Positions 10,853 to 21,027 of a stretch of DNA of 64,000 nt are shown here, piece by piece. The notes under the pieces were generated by a model. That model was not told the origin of the DNA, made no database searches, and was given only the letters and a program-made list of their open reading frames with translations. This DNA is from Clostridia bacterium (GTDB lineage Bacteria > Bacillota > Clostridia > Oscillospirales > CAG-272). The stretch is taken from the NCBI GenBank assembly GCA_017503105.1, contig JAFVTS010000008.1:206212-270211 (forward strand), written 5' to 3'. Position 1 is the stretch's first letter, and each line of letters opens with the position of its first letter. Made by a program: the position numbers and the translations under genes.

Positions 10853-11770
10853 TTAAAGATATTCTATCTCTTCTTCAAGCTTGACGCCAAAGCTGTCAAA
10901 GACCGCAGCTTTAGCGATTTCAACGATCTTCCGATAATCCGCAGCGGTCGCTCCTCCGCGGTTTACGATAAACCCCGCGTGCTTTTCCGATATTGCGGCG
11001 CCTCCGATACAGTATCCTTTAAGCCCACATTCGTCGATCAAAGCAGCGGCGCTTATGCCATTTGACCTTTTAAAAACGCTTCCGAGAGACGGAAGCGTGA
11101 GCGGTTGGTTCGCCCGTCTTTTGGCAGATAGCTTTGATATCTTTTCATATATAGCACCGCTCGGCAATCTGCGCGTATCAAAAGCCGCTGAAGCAACGTA
11201 CATTTCCGAGTCTTGAAACACACTGTGCCTATACGAAAAATCCAACTCGTTCTTATGAAGCTCGCGAAAGACCGACGCATTCATATCAAAGACTCTTACC
11301 GAGCTGAGCACGTCGCAAATTTCACGCCCGTACGCGCCCGCGTTCATATATATCGCACCGCCGACCGAAGCCGGTATTCCCGAGAGCTCCTCCGTCGCGG
11401 AGAGAGAGTTTTTGGCAAGATACGAGGAAAGCGCGGGCAAGGAGCAGCCGCACTCCGCTCTGACGAGCGTCCCCTCGGCGCTGATGTGATTCATAAGCGA
11501 CGTAGATATGAGTACCCCTGCAAAAATCCCGTCGGGCGGAAGAATATTGCTCATTCTGCCCACTACTTTAAATTTAACGCGCAAGCCTCTCGCTTTAAGG
11601 AGAGCGGCGGAAAATTCGCTTTCACTTCTTGGATAAACGACAAGGGGGCAGATCCCGCCAAGCTTCAAAAACGATATTTTTTTAAATGAAACGTCCTTTC
11701 GGTATTTTATGTTTCTTTCCGTTAAGAAATCTTGCATTTCGTCTAAAGAACGCTCCACGTTACCTCGCAA
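10853..11770 (-). CDS. murB: UDP-N-acetylenolpyruvoylglucosamine reductase
   Basis: FAD-binding N-terminal domain; C-terminal GGAAISEKHAGFIVN. Confidence 0.9.
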   Translation of the reverse strand: MRGNVERSLDEMQDFLTERNIKYRKDVSFKKISFLKLGGICPLVVYPRSESEFSAALLKARGLRVKFKVVGRMSNILPPDGIFAGVLISTSLMNHISAEGTLVRAECGCSLPALSSYLAKNSLSATEELSGIPASVGGAIYMNAGAYGREICDVLSSVRVFDMNASVFRELHKNELDFSYRHSVFQDSEMYVASAAFDTRRLPSGAIYEKISKLSAKRRANQPLTLPSLGSVFKRSNGISAAALIDECGLKGYCIGGAAISEKHAGFIVNRGGATAADYRKIVEIAKAAVFDSFGVKLEEEIEYL

Positions 11771-11780
11771 ATTATTAAAA

Positions 11781-13478
11781 TTATTTTACCGCATAAACGG
11801 ATTTTTCTTTCAGCATATCAACGGCAGCCGCCCTTTGAGCATCCGTTATATTTATTCCGCCGAGGATTCTTGAAAGCTCGTCGATGCGTCCGTCATCGTC
11901 AAGCAAACGAACGGAGGTCTCCGTTTCTTCCCCGACGTCCGACTTCTTGATAAGATAATGACTGTCTGCCAAAGACGCGATCTGAGCACTGTGCGTCACG
12001 CAGAATATCTGCATATCGCGAGCCAAAGAAAGCATCTTTATTCCGATCTTTCTCGCAGTCTTTCCGGAAACACCCGCATCTATCTCGTCAAAAACAACGG
12101 TAAGCGTTCCGTCCTTGTCAGCGAGAACGCACTTCAGTGCAAGCATAATTCTGGCAAGCTCGCCGCCCGAGGCTATCTTTCCTATCGGTTGGGCGTCAGC
12201 ACCTTTGTTAGCACTTATGAAGAACTCGACCCTGTCTGCGCCGTATCTGTCGAGCACAAGCTCACCGTTCTTATATTCCGTCTTCACCGAAACGAAAAAT
12301 ACGACCTTCGGCATATCGAGAAACTCAAGTATTTCACAAACGCGACTTTCGAGCATCTTTGCGGAAGAAGCCCGTTTTTCGTGCAGCTCAAGAGCGACGT
12401 CCGAAGCCTCTTTATAAAGGCGACTTTCGCTTTCTGCCAAGGTTTTTATTAGGTTTTCGGAATTATTCAGCTCTTCAAGCTCACGCTTTGCCTTGTCGCA
12501 AAATTCTATAACGGCTTCAAGAGTAGCTCCGTATTTGCGTTTGAGTTTAGATAGTTTGTCAAGGCGCGATTCTATTTTATTAAGAGATTCCGTCGGGTCC
12601 GTTTCATCATCCATAACGGCGTAGACGTCCTCTGCTATGGAATCCGTTTCGTAAAGAAAATCTCTGAGCTTTTCGGCGTATTCCGCAAACTCGGGCACAA
12701 CGTCCGATATCTGCATAAGCGCGCTTATACTGCGGTCGAGCAGATAAGAAACGCTGCCCTTTTCGCTCCCCTTCAGCGCTTTAAACACGAAGTCTGCGTG
12801 TCTTGCTATCTTCTCTCTGTTCTTTAACTTCAATTTTTTCTCGATAAGATCGTCTTCCTCCGAAGGCTTCGGTGCGACCGATTCTATATCTTTTATCTGG
12901 TATTCAAGTATTTCCTTGAGCCTCTCGCCTTCGGCTTCACGCTCCTTTGCTTCGGCTATCCGCTTGCGTATCTCAACGAGTTCTGAATAAAGAGCCAGAT
13001 ATTTTTCTCTCAATTCCCCGCACCCCGCATAAACGTCAAGAAGCTCAAGGTGGCGTACGGGCTCCGAGAGCTCGCGCGTATCGCTTTGTCCGTGTATGCT
13101 GACGAGCAAAGGGGTAACTTCTTTGATAACGGAAAGGCTGACCGTCCTTCCGTTGATTTTAACGGAAGACCTGCCGTCACGTCCGACGCTTCTTTGTATA
13201 AATATATTCCCCTCTTCGTCGGCAAATACACCGATTTCGGAAAGTCCTTTAAGAACGTCGTCGGAAAGCGCCGAAAAAAGCCCGCTGACCATAAGTCCGT
13301 CGGCACCTCTTCTTATAAGCTCCTTATCAGCCTTAGCTCCGAGCAAAAGATTCACGCTGTCGATAATTATGGATTTTCCCGCGCCCGTCTCACCCGTCAA
13401 GACCGTAAAGCCTTGAGAAAAATCTATATCGACGCTTTTAATTACCGCCACGTTTTCTATGTGTAAAGAAACAAGCAT
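11781..13478 (-). CDS. recN: DNA repair protein RecN
   Basis: Walker A GETGAGKS, long coiled coil, SGGELARIML signature and VVFDEIDAG. Confidence 0.95.
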   Translation of the reverse strand: MLVSLHIENVAVIKSVDIDFSQGFTVLTGETGAGKSIIIDSVNLLLGAKADKELIRRGADGLMVSGLFSALSDDVLKGLSEIGVFADEEGNIFIQRSVGRDGRSSVKINGRTVSLSVIKEVTPLLVSIHGQSDTRELSEPVRHLELLDVYAGCGELREKYLALYSELVEIRKRIAEAKEREAEGERLKEILEYQIKDIESVAPKPSEEDDLIEKKLKLKNREKIARHADFVFKALKGSEKGSVSYLLDRSISALMQISDVVPEFAEYAEKLRDFLYETDSIAEDVYAVMDDETDPTESLNKIESRLDKLSKLKRKYGATLEAVIEFCDKAKRELEELNNSENLIKTLAESESRLYKEASDVALELHEKRASSAKMLESRVCEILEFLDMPKVVFFVSVKTEYKNGELVLDRYGADRVEFFISANKGADAQPIGKIASGGELARIMLALKCVLADKDGTLTVVFDEIDAGVSGKTARKIGIKMLSLARDMQIFCVTHSAQIASLADSHYLIKKSDVGEETETSVRLLDDDGRIDELSRILGGINITDAQRAAAVDMLKEKSVYAVK

Positions 13479-13505
13479 TTTTCTAAATCCTCAACGTTTT
13501 ATGCA

Positions 13506-13961
13506 TCAAAAGCTAAAGGCTTCTTTAAGATTTTTTTCAACCTCTATGGCATCCTTAACGGTTTTGATAACGAGTAAAACCGTATCGTCGCCCGCAACGC
13601 TTCCGACGAGCTTTTCAATTTCAAGAGAATCTATGCAAACGGCTATCGCGTTAGCCATTCCTGCAAGAGTTTTGACAACTATAACGTTCTCCGCCGCTTC
13701 TATCTTTACTATGGAATCCGTCAGAGCCGTGCTGAGCACGGGAGCTCCTCCCACCTTTTTAAGCTCGGGGAGCACGTATTTATACGTGCCTCTTTCGGTA
13801 ATTCCCTTTGCAAGCTGAAGCTGTCTTATATCTCTCGATATCGTCGTTTGCGTCGTTTCGATTCCCGCCTCCGAGAGGCGCTGTATCAAGGTTTCCTGCG
13901 TATCTATGTCATACTGCTCAATAAGCTCGAGTATTTTCCTCTGTCTTGCGTTTTTCATCAC
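13506..13961 (-). CDS. argR: Arginine repressor
   Basis: Winged-helix N-terminus (RQRKILELI...TLIQRL) and C-terminal GSVAGDDTVLLV. Confidence 0.9.
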   Translation of the reverse strand: MMKNARQRKILELIEQYDIDTQETLIQRLSEAGIETTQTTISRDIRQLQLAKGITERGTYKYVLPELKKVGGAPVLSTALTDSIVKIEAAENVIVVKTLAGMANAIAVCIDSLEIEKLVGSVAGDDTVLLVIKTVKDAIEVEKNLKEAFSF

Positions 13962-14824
13962 TTGATATCCTCCAAAATGCGCATTTTTTTGAACAAGGTC
14001 GAGAACATATTATTTTCCGAAAACGTGATCATTTTCAGTTTTTTCTTGCTCGCGCTTACGATACAGCTCTCACCGTTAGCCATCGTCGCAAAGCTTCTTC
14101 CGTCTACGCTGATCTTTAAATTCTGCTCACAGATGTTCCGTACGGTCAAGGATTCACTCGCGTCAAAAATGATCGATCTGTTAAAGAACGAGTGAGGGCA
14201 AACGGGGGTTACGAGCATAGAGTTTACGTTGTGCGCAACTATCGGTCCGCCCGCAGAAAGCGAATATGCCGTCGAACCCGCGGGAGTTGAGATGATCACG
14301 CTGTCCGCTCTGTACTTTACCCTGTCGCCAAGGTCGTTCTCAAGAGTGAAATCTGCAATTCCGAAATAATCGTCGTGCGAAATTACGACGTCGTTGACCG
14401 CGAGATGCTCACAACGCAGCACCCTGTCATCGGATCTCAGCTCTGCCGAGAGCAAAAGCTTTTCCACTATTTTATAGTCCCCGTCAAGAAGTCTGTCCAA
14501 TACGTCAAGATTATCGGGCTCCACCTCCGAAAGATATCCGACCTTTCCGAGATTTACACCGAGAATGGGTACGTCGTGTAAAACGGCGTATTTCGACGCG
14601 TCTATTACGGAGCCGTCTCCGCCAACGACGATAATGAGCTCCGCATCCTCGGGAAAATCGGAATAAACGATAGCCCCCTTAGGTACAAGATACGAGCCGT
14701 AATCGGAATCTATGTACGGTACTATGCCTATTTTAAAAAGCTTTTCCGCAAGGATCGCGCTGACACGAAGCTCCGCGTCTTTTTTGGGATTAGGGATTAT
14801 TACCGCTTTTTTCAAAACTATCAC
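13958..14824 (-). CDS. nadK: NAD kinase
   Basis: GGDGS and GVNLGKVGYL motifs. GTG 14824 is the ORF maximum; TTG 14815 is 6 nt after GAGGTG and is an alternative start. Confidence 0.88.
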   Translation of the reverse strand: MIVLKKAVIIPNPKKDAELRVSAILAEKLFKIGIVPYIDSDYGSYLVPKGAIVYSDFPEDAELIIVVGGDGSVIDASKYAVLHDVPILGVNLGKVGYLSEVEPDNLDVLDRLLDGDYKIVEKLLLSAELRSDDRVLRCEHLAVNDVVISHDDYFGIADFTLENDLGDRVKYRADSVIISTPAGSTAYSLSAGGPIVAHNVNSMLVTPVCPHSFFNRSIIFDASESLTVRNICEQNLKISVDGRSFATMANGESCIVSASKKKLKMITFSENNMFSTLFKKMRILEDIK

Positions 14825-15546
14825 CTCGCCTTAAAATGAACAAGATATTCCGTATTTCCATCTCCGCCTTTGATAGGAGATTCTATATTATCCACCGCCG
14901 AAAAACCGACGCTTTTCGCAAAATCCACCACTTTTTTCAAGGCAGATTCTCTCGCCGCCTGGCTTTTCACGATTCCGCCCTTACCGAGCGCCGAGCGCCC
15001 GACCTCAAACTGAGGCTTAACGAGGCAAATAAAATCCGCCTCCTCCGAAAGGACCTCTCGCAGCGCGGGAATTATATACGTTGCCGAGATAAAGGAAACG
15101 TCCATCACCGCCATATCGAACGGCTCGCCGAAATCGTCCTTCGACATATATCGCGCATTGAAATTTTCTATGCAATTCACTCTTGCATCCGCCCTGAGCG
15201 ACGCCGCCATTTGCCCGCTGCCCGAGTCCACCGCCGTAACGCTCTCTGCTCCGTTTTGCAAAAGACAATCCGTGAATCCGCCGCTTGACGCTCCGACGTC
15301 GATGCATCTTTTCCCTCTCGGGGATACGTCAAAAGCCCCAAGCGCCGCCTCAAGCTTAAAGCCGCCGCGGCTCACGTATTTTTTCGAGCTCTTGTCAACC
15401 TCTATCACGTCACTTTCGTTAACTTCAAACGAAGGCTTGGTCACAGTCCTTCCGTTTACCTTGACGTGACCTCCGACGATAAAGCCCTTTGCCTCCGTCC
15501 TGCTCTCGGCATATCCGCGCTCAAAAATAAATAAGTCAATCCTCAT
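14821..15546 (-). CDS. tlyA: TlyA-family rRNA 2'-O-methyltransferase
   Basis: S4-like N-terminus (MRIDLFIFERGYAESRTEAK) and SAM motif DVGASSGGFTDCL. The ATG at 15546 is preferred over GTG 15558. Confidence 0.85.
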   Translation of the reverse strand: MRIDLFIFERGYAESRTEAKGFIVGGHVKVNGRTVTKPSFEVNESDVIEVDKSSKKYVSRGGFKLEAALGAFDVSPRGKRCIDVGASSGGFTDCLLQNGAESVTAVDSGSGQMAASLRADARVNCIENFNARYMSKDDFGEPFDMAVMDVSFISATYIIPALREVLSEEADFICLVKPQFEVGRSALGKGGIVKSQAARESALKKVVDFAKSVGFSAVDNIESPIKGGDGNTEYLVHFKAR

Positions 15547-15781
15547 CGCGCTTAACACCGAAAGGCGCGTCGGTCACGGTACCGTCTTCGCTTTCCGTAA
15601 GAATGCGAACCTTCGCCTCTGCTTTTTCAAGCTTATCGTCACATATTTTGACAAGACGTACCGCCTCTTCAAACGTCTTGATGGACTCGTCGAGTCCAAG
15701 CTCGGGCGACTCAAGGCGCTTAACGCACTCTTCAAGCCTATCAAGTGCCTCTTCAAATTTTATATCTTTTTTTGCTGCCAT
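15536..15781 (-). CDS. xseB: Exodeoxyribonuclease VII small subunit
   Basis: 81 aa, FEEALDRLEECVKRLE...LDESIKTFEEA, directly downstream of xseA. Confidence 0.9.
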   Translation of the reverse strand: MAAKKDIKFEEALDRLEECVKRLESPELGLDESIKTFEEAVRLVKICDDKLEKAEAKVRILTESEDGTVTDAPFGVKRDED

Positions 15782-15787
15782 ATGCTA

Positions 15788-17011
15788 TCAAACCTCTTTT
15801 ATAATCTTTGCATTCACCCTGCCGTCGCTCATTCGCACGGTAACGGAATCGCCGTTTTTCACATCACCGACGCGTCTTACCGCCGCGCCGTCCTTTTCTA
15901 CAACGGAAAAGCCCCTCATAAGAACGGAAAGCGGATTCAGCGCGTTTGCCCGCTCAGATCTAAGCAGAAGCGCGTTTTTCAGTGAATCTATCTTATCTCT
16001 AATATTGTCTGCCGCCTCACGGCTCCTGTCGGCGACCTTCTGCCTTTTAGCCATAAAAACAGAGGACGGATCCCGCAGCACCGACTCGGCTTTTATACGT
16101 TCCAAACGGTCACGGGAATTGCGCGAAGCCTTCACCAACGCGCCAAAGGAGCGTTCTCTCAGCGTATCAACGCGCTCGACGAGCTCCTTGATATCGGGGA
16201 CGGCGATTTCCGCCGCAGCCGACGGCGTGGGGGCACGTCTGTCCGCCACGAAATCACAAATGGTAAAATCCGTTTCGTGACCGACTGCCGAGATTATGGG
16301 CACGCGATGCGAAAAAATGCGCCTTGCGAGAGCCTCGGAATTAAACGCCCAAAGATCCTCTATCGAACCGCCGCCTCTTCCTATTATTATCACGTCTGCA
16401 AGATTTGAGACGTCAAAGTAATCAAGAGCTTTGATAAGGTCAGCCTCAGCTCCCTCTCCTTGGACGAGCGCAGGATAAATATATATCTTAGCCGTGGGGT
16501 ATCTGCGTCCCACGACGTTTATTATATCCCTGACTGCCGCACCGGTGGGCGAGGTTATAACTCCGATGGACGACGGAAAACGCGGGAGCGCTTTTTTACG
16601 GCTCACGTCAAACAGCCCCTCAGCGTCAAGCTTTGCCTTCAAACGCTCGTACATCATATAAAGCGTTCCCACGCCGTCGGGCATCATAGCATTAACGTAC
16701 AACTGATACGAGCCGCCTTGAGTATAAACCGAAACGGAGCCGCGAACGCTGACCTTCATTCCGTTTTCGGGAAGGAATTTCAGCTTTTGTGCCGCCGTTT
16801 TGAACATAACCGCTTTTATTTGCCCGCCCTCGTCCTTCAAGGAAAAATACATATGTCCGCTGCTGTGAGCCGTGAAGTTGGATATTTCACCTTTTACACT
16901 CACCGCACCGAGCACTCTGTCAGAGTCCAATATGCTTTTAACGTAACCGTTGAGCTCGCTTACGGTAAATTCGGACGAGCCCTTTCTTTCTCTAAGCGAA
17001 GAAATATCCAT
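15788..17011 (-). CDS. xseA: Exodeoxyribonuclease VII large subunit
   Basis: 407 aa with an N-terminal OB fold (VSVKGEISNF...SGHMYFSLKD) and a catalytic core (IIGRGGGSIEDLWAFN). Confidence 0.95.
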   Translation of the reverse strand: MDISSLRERKGSSEFTVSELNGYVKSILDSDRVLGAVSVKGEISNFTAHSSGHMYFSLKDEGGQIKAVMFKTAAQKLKFLPENGMKVSVRGSVSVYTQGGSYQLYVNAMMPDGVGTLYMMYERLKAKLDAEGLFDVSRKKALPRFPSSIGVITSPTGAAVRDIINVVGRRYPTAKIYIYPALVQGEGAEADLIKALDYFDVSNLADVIIIGRGGGSIEDLWAFNSEALARRIFSHRVPIISAVGHETDFTICDFVADRRAPTPSAAAEIAVPDIKELVERVDTLRERSFGALVKASRNSRDRLERIKAESVLRDPSSVFMAKRQKVADRSREAADNIRDKIDSLKNALLLRSERANALNPLSVLMRGFSVVEKDGAAVRRVGDVKNGDSVTVRMSDGRVNAKIIKEV

Positions 17012-17967
17012 TATACTTTTCTTTCTCCATCGTAAGTATGCGCGTTTTTAGCAAGCACGGCGATCCCCACCGCGTTATCGCAGGACAAGGCGGGCTCGGC
17101 AAAGCTTGAATCAAAATGAGCCTCAAGCTTGCTTCTTATCAGCTTGTTCGACATAACACCGCCCGCAAAGACGAACGGCATATCGCCGTACTCCGATCTG
17201 TACCCCTCGCACATCATCTTTACGGCGTCCGCTAAATAATTGAAGATAAACGCGCTGACAAGGGCTTTGTCGGAAGTTTCGTCGTAAAGCTTTACCGCTA
17301 TATTTTCAAGCCCCGACAAATTTATCTCAGTTCCGTGCACGGTCGGCTTTTTTTTCGGAAGCGGTTTAGTGTTCGCGAGCGCCGCCTCTTCCATATATTT
17401 TCCCGACGGAAAAGGAAAGCCCATATAAACGCCGAGTCTGTCTATTATCTGCCCCGCGTTCAGATCCTTAGTACCGCCGACGGTATCGCAGACAAAGCCG
17501 TTGTCAGCCGAACGGGCGCGGACGAGCTCGGTCGTGCCGCCCGATATATGAAAAGCGGCAAACTCTCGGGGGATATCGCGCCCCGCGGAATAGAGAGCTG
17601 CCATTATATGCCCGCATTGGTGCGAAAACTCGTAAAGCGGCGCTCCCGCTCCGAGTGCCGCGGCGTGAGAGGCGCTCACCCCCGCGAGAAAGCACGGCAT
17701 ATACGAGCCCTCTCTCTTCCTCGGTCTTGTGCTGACTCCGACGGCGGCTATCACGCCGTCTGACGTAAAGCTCTTCGCCTCCTCAAGAAGCGCGGGAAGA
17801 TTCTTCGTATGAGCAAAAAGAGCATCGGACTGTCTGAGTCCGCGCTCTCCCGGCTTTACAGGCAAAAGATTCTTTAAATTAGCTATCAGCTCTCCGTTTT
17901 CGTCAATTACGGCAACGGAGGTGGTGTAATTACTCGTGTCTATTCCGAGAAAATACTCTTTTTTCAT
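17011..17967 (-). CDS. Kae1/TsaD (M22, ASKHA-fold) family protein, TsaD paralogue
   Basis: GIDTSNYTTSVAV N-terminus and an HQCGH metal motif. At 318 aa it is shorter than canonical TsaD. Confidence 0.6.
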   Translation of the reverse strand: MKKEYFLGIDTSNYTTSVAVIDENGELIANLKNLLPVKPGERGLRQSDALFAHTKNLPALLEEAKSFTSDGVIAAVGVSTRPRKREGSYMPCFLAGVSASHAAALGAGAPLYEFSHQCGHIMAALYSAGRDIPREFAAFHISGGTTELVRARSADNGFVCDTVGGTKDLNAGQIIDRLGVYMGFPFPSGKYMEEAALANTKPLPKKKPTVHGTEINLSGLENIAVKLYDETSDKALVSAFIFNYLADAVKMMCEGYRSEYGDMPFVFAGGVMSNKLIRSKLEAHFDSSFAEPALSCDNAVGIAVLAKNAHTYDGERKV

Positions 17968-18383
17968 TTTCTGCCAAGATATTCGGCAACGCCGTTCAGA
18001 ACGCCGTTGACAAACGTATAGGTCTTTTCGTCATCGTACTTCTTTGAAAGTTCTATTCCCTCGTTTATGGAAACCTTCGGCGGAATATCATCCATAAACA
18101 TAAGCTCGTACGACGCAAGTCTTAAGATCGCCTTAGAAGCGAAGGATATACGCTTTTTATTCCACCCTTGCAAATTCTTTTCGATAGCGTCGTCTATGAC
18201 CGTCAGGTTCTCACGCACTCCGAAAAATACGCGTTTTACGTATTCGTCGCACTCAAGCTCTCTGCAAGAAACGGCTTTTTCGAATATTTCTTCCGCCGTT
18301 TCATCCGTTTTGCACGCCTGCTCAAAAAGAAGTATAAACGCATTTTCTCTGGCTGTCTTTCTGTTCATTTTTATGATCTCCAA
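17964..18383 (-). CDS. nusB: Transcription antitermination factor NusB
   Basis: 139 aa, RKTARENAFILLFE...ILRLASYELMF. Confidence 0.9.
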   Translation of the reverse strand: MEIIKMNRKTARENAFILLFEQACKTDETAEEIFEKAVSCRELECDEYVKRVFFGVRENLTVIDDAIEKNLQGWNKKRISFASKAILRLASYELMFMDDIPPKVSINEGIELSKKYDDEKTYTFVNGVLNGVAEYLGRK

Positions 18384-18515
18384 ACATAATACTTTGCTGT
18401 AATTTAATTATACATTTTATTTTAAAGAATGTCAACCGCTTTTGAATAAAAATATTCCTTTTTTGAATTTTTATGCGAATGTTCTTTTTTATTCTTGCTT
18501 TTTTATATTTTTGTC

Positions 18516-18544
18516 TTGAAAAAAAGCAAATTATATGGTATCAT
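18516..18544 (+). promoter_or_regulatory. Candidate sigma-A promoter
   Basis: TTGAAA (18516-18521), 17-nt spacer, TATCAT (18539-18544), upstream of the membrane-protein gene. Confidence 0.45.
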
Positions 18545-18578
18545 ATATTGTAATGATGATTTTAAGGAAGGAAAAAAT

Positions 18579-19043
18579 ATGAAACTTTTTGAAAAAACCT
18601 TCGTGCGAGGCGGATGTTATTCTTTTTTCATAATTCTCGCTTTGCTTTTGATTTCAAGCGCTATGGGCTTTGACGAGCACGGCAACTCCCTTATCGTGCT
18701 TGACGTGCCGCAGGTTCTTTTTTGCTCCGTCAGCGGATACGCCGTAGCTTTGGCGGGTCTTATTTTCGAAACTAAGCTCGACCCTATATTCAAAAGGCTC
18801 ATTCACTTTATAGTTCTGCTCGCCGCATTCATATTCATCTTTGCCACGGGAGCGTTCGGCGGAAATTCTCTTTCCACGAAGATACTTGCGGGTATCGTTC
18901 TTTTCACGTTTGCGTATATCGCCGTATCCCTTTTACTCTTGGGAGTCAAAAAGCTTTTCGCGCTCGTAGAGAAAAAATACAGCGCAAAGAGCGAAGCCGA
19001 AAAAAACGACACTCAAAAACCGTATACTCCCAGGTATAAGTGA
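18579..19043 (+). CDS. Hypothetical integral membrane protein (about 4 TM)
   Basis: ATG 18579 after AAGGAAGGA. Hydrophobic segments; no family recognised. Confidence 0.5.
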   Translation: MKLFEKTFVRGGCYSFFIILALLLISSAMGFDEHGNSLIVLDVPQVLFCSVSGYAVALAGLIFETKLDPIFKRLIHFIVLLAAFIFIFATGAFGGNSLSTKILAGIVLFTFAYIAVSLLLLGVKKLFALVEKKYSAKSEAEKNDTQKPYTPRYK

Positions 19044-19234
19044 TGAAAATTATTCGTTTTAACGCAGGAGACGTCCTGGTTTTGAAAAAAAAGCACCCCT
19101 GCTCCTCGGACACCTTCAAGGTGATGAGGATAGGAAGCGACGTGCGTATCGTATGCACGGGATGCGGACGCGATTTGACACTAAGCCGCGAGACGCTTGA
19201 AAAATCCATCAAGCAAGTAAGACCCGCGGAATGA
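19043..19234 (+). CDS. DUF951-family small protein
   Basis: MKIIRFNAGDVLVLKKKHPCSSDTFKVMRIGSDVRIVCTGCGRDL. The ATG overlaps the upstream TGA. Confidence 0.7.
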   Translation: MKIIRFNAGDVLVLKKKHPCSSDTFKVMRIGSDVRIVCTGCGRDLTLSRETLEKSIKQVRPAE

Positions 19235-19247
19235 AACGGAGAAATTT

Positions 19248-19856
19248 ATGTTTTACTATTTAAACGGAATGCTCGCTCACAGAGAAGCAAACGTCTGCGT
19301 GATCGATTGCGGCGGCGTAGGATACAAGCTCACCGTCAGTCTTACGACCTCCGAGGCGCTGGCAACGAAGCTTGAGAAAACTGTTAAACTATATACGCAC
19401 TTAGCCGTAAGAGAAGACGGAATGGAACTCTTCGGCTTTGCCACCCTCGAAGAAAGAGAAGCGTTTAACCTTCTTATCGGCGTAAGCGGTGTCGGTCCCA
19501 AGGCGGCAACGAACATTCTTTCGGTAATGACGCCCGACAAGCTCGCGCTCGCGATCTGCACGGAGGACGTAAAAGCCATTTCCAAAGCTCCGAACGTCGG
19601 AACGAAAACGGCGGCAAGAATAGTTCTTGAGCTTAAAGATAAGATATCCAAGGACGTAATGACCGCCACCCCCACCGCATCAGGTACCCACAGCGCGGCG
19701 GCGCCCGTTATGAACGGTGCACTTTCGGAGGCAGCCGAGGCACTCACCGTTTTGGGATACGACAAAAACTCCGTTCTCTCCGCACTCAAGGGGATCGACA
19801 CGTCACTTGATGCGGGCTCTATGATCAAAGCCGCACTTCAAAAGCTTGCAAGGTAA
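19248..19856 (+). CDS. ruvA: Holliday junction helicase subunit RuvA
   Basis: MFYYLNG...GVGYKL...[12 protein letters not shown]. Confidence 0.95.
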   Translation: MFYYLNGMLAHREANVCVIDCGGVGYKLTVSLTTSEALATKLEKTVKLYTHLAVREDGMELFGFATLEEREAFNLLIGVSGVGPKAATNILSVMTPDKLALAICTEDVKAISKAPNVGTKTAARIVLELKDKISKDVMTATPTASGTHSAAAPVMNGALSEAAEALTVLGYDKNSVLSALKGIDTSLDAGSMIKAALQKLAR

Positions 19857-19882
19857 AATCACGAAAGGATCACGCTACGGTT

Positions 19883-20959
19883 ATGGTTGAAGAAGTAAAT
19901 GAATTTGATTTTGAGAACCGAATAGTTGCAAGTGAATATAGCGAGGAGCACGACGCAGACGTCGAAAATCCTTTAAGACCGAAATATCTTGACGATTACG
20001 TCGGTCAAACGGTAGCAAAATCAAATCTGAAGGTCTATATAGAAAGCGCGAAGCTCAGGTGTGAAGCCCTCGATCACGTCCTTCTCTACGGGCCTCCCGG
20101 TCTTGGAAAGACCACGCTCTCGGGAATTATCGCAAACGAGATGGGAGTCAATATCAGAACGACGTCGGGACCCGCTATCGAAAAGCAGGGCGACCTTGCG
20201 GCGATACTCACGAATCTCAACGAAGGTGACGTTTTATTTATCGACGAGATACACCGTCTGTCACGCGCAGTCGAGGAAATACTCTACCCCGCGATGGAAG
20301 ACTACTCGCTTGATATAATAATCGGAAAAGGTCCGAGCGCACGCTCCATACGCCTTCCTATCCCTAAATTCACGCTGATAGGCGCTACGACGAGGGCGGG
20401 TCAGCTCACCTCCCCCCTGCGCGACAGATTCGGAGTTCTTCTGAAGCTTGAGCTCTATACCACCGAGGAGCTTGCCACGATAGTAAAGCGCTCTGCAAAA
20501 ATTCTCGGCATCGATATAACCGAGGACGGAGCGGCTCAGATCGCCTCCCGCTCACGCGGAACGCCGAGAATAGCAAACCGCCTTCTGAAAAGAGTGAGAG
20601 ATTTCGCGCTCGTTAAAGGAAACGGCAGCATCACCTCGGAAATAGCAAGCTTCGCCCTTGACGCGCTTGAGATAGACCATCTCGGACTTGACAACACCGA
20701 CAGAAAGATGCTTGAGGCTATAATCAAGTTCTATTCGGGCGGCCCCGTAGGTCTTGAAACGCTTGCGGCGACTATCGGAGAGGAAGCTGTCACTATCGAG
20801 GACGTTTACGAGCCGTATCTTATGCAGATAGGTTTTCTTTCACGAACCCCGCGCGGAAGATGCGCGACGAAGCTCGCATACGACCACCTCGGAATAAAGT
20901 TTGCAACAAACGCAAATTTTCAGCACTCGTCAGACCAAAAATCTTTCTTTGAAGAGTAA
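19883..20959 (+). CDS. ruvB: Holliday junction helicase subunit RuvB
   Basis: [12 protein letters not shown], Walker [11 protein letters not shown] and LFIDEIHRL. Confidence 0.95.
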   Translation: MVEEVNEFDFENRIVASEYSEEHDADVENPLRPKYLDDYVGQTVAKSNLKVYIESAKLRCEALDHVLLYGPPGLGKTTLSGIIANEMGVNIRTTSGPAIEKQGDLAAILTNLNEGDVLFIDEIHRLSRAVEEILYPAMEDYSLDIIIGKGPSARSIRLPIPKFTLIGATTRAGQLTSPLRDRFGVLLKLELYTTEELATIVKRSAKILGIDITEDGAAQIASRSRGTPRIANRLLKRVRDFALVKGNGSITSEIASFALDALEIDHLGLDNTDRKMLEAIIKFYSGGPVGLETLAATIGEEAVTIEDVYEPYLMQIGFLSRTPRGRCATKLAYDHLGIKFATNANFQHSSDQKSFFEE

Positions 20960-20980
20960 ATTCAAGGCAGAACGTATAAA

Positions 20981-21017
20981 AGCAGGAATATCTCACTCGG
21001 AGGTATTCCTGCTTTTT
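20981..21017 (+). terminator. Intrinsic terminator after ruvB (also placed to stop the convergent ogl)
   Basis: Stem AGCAGGAATA(20981-20990)/TATTCCTGCT(21004-21013), then TTTTT. Confidence 0.75.
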
Positions 21018-21027
21018 GCTTGAAAAA

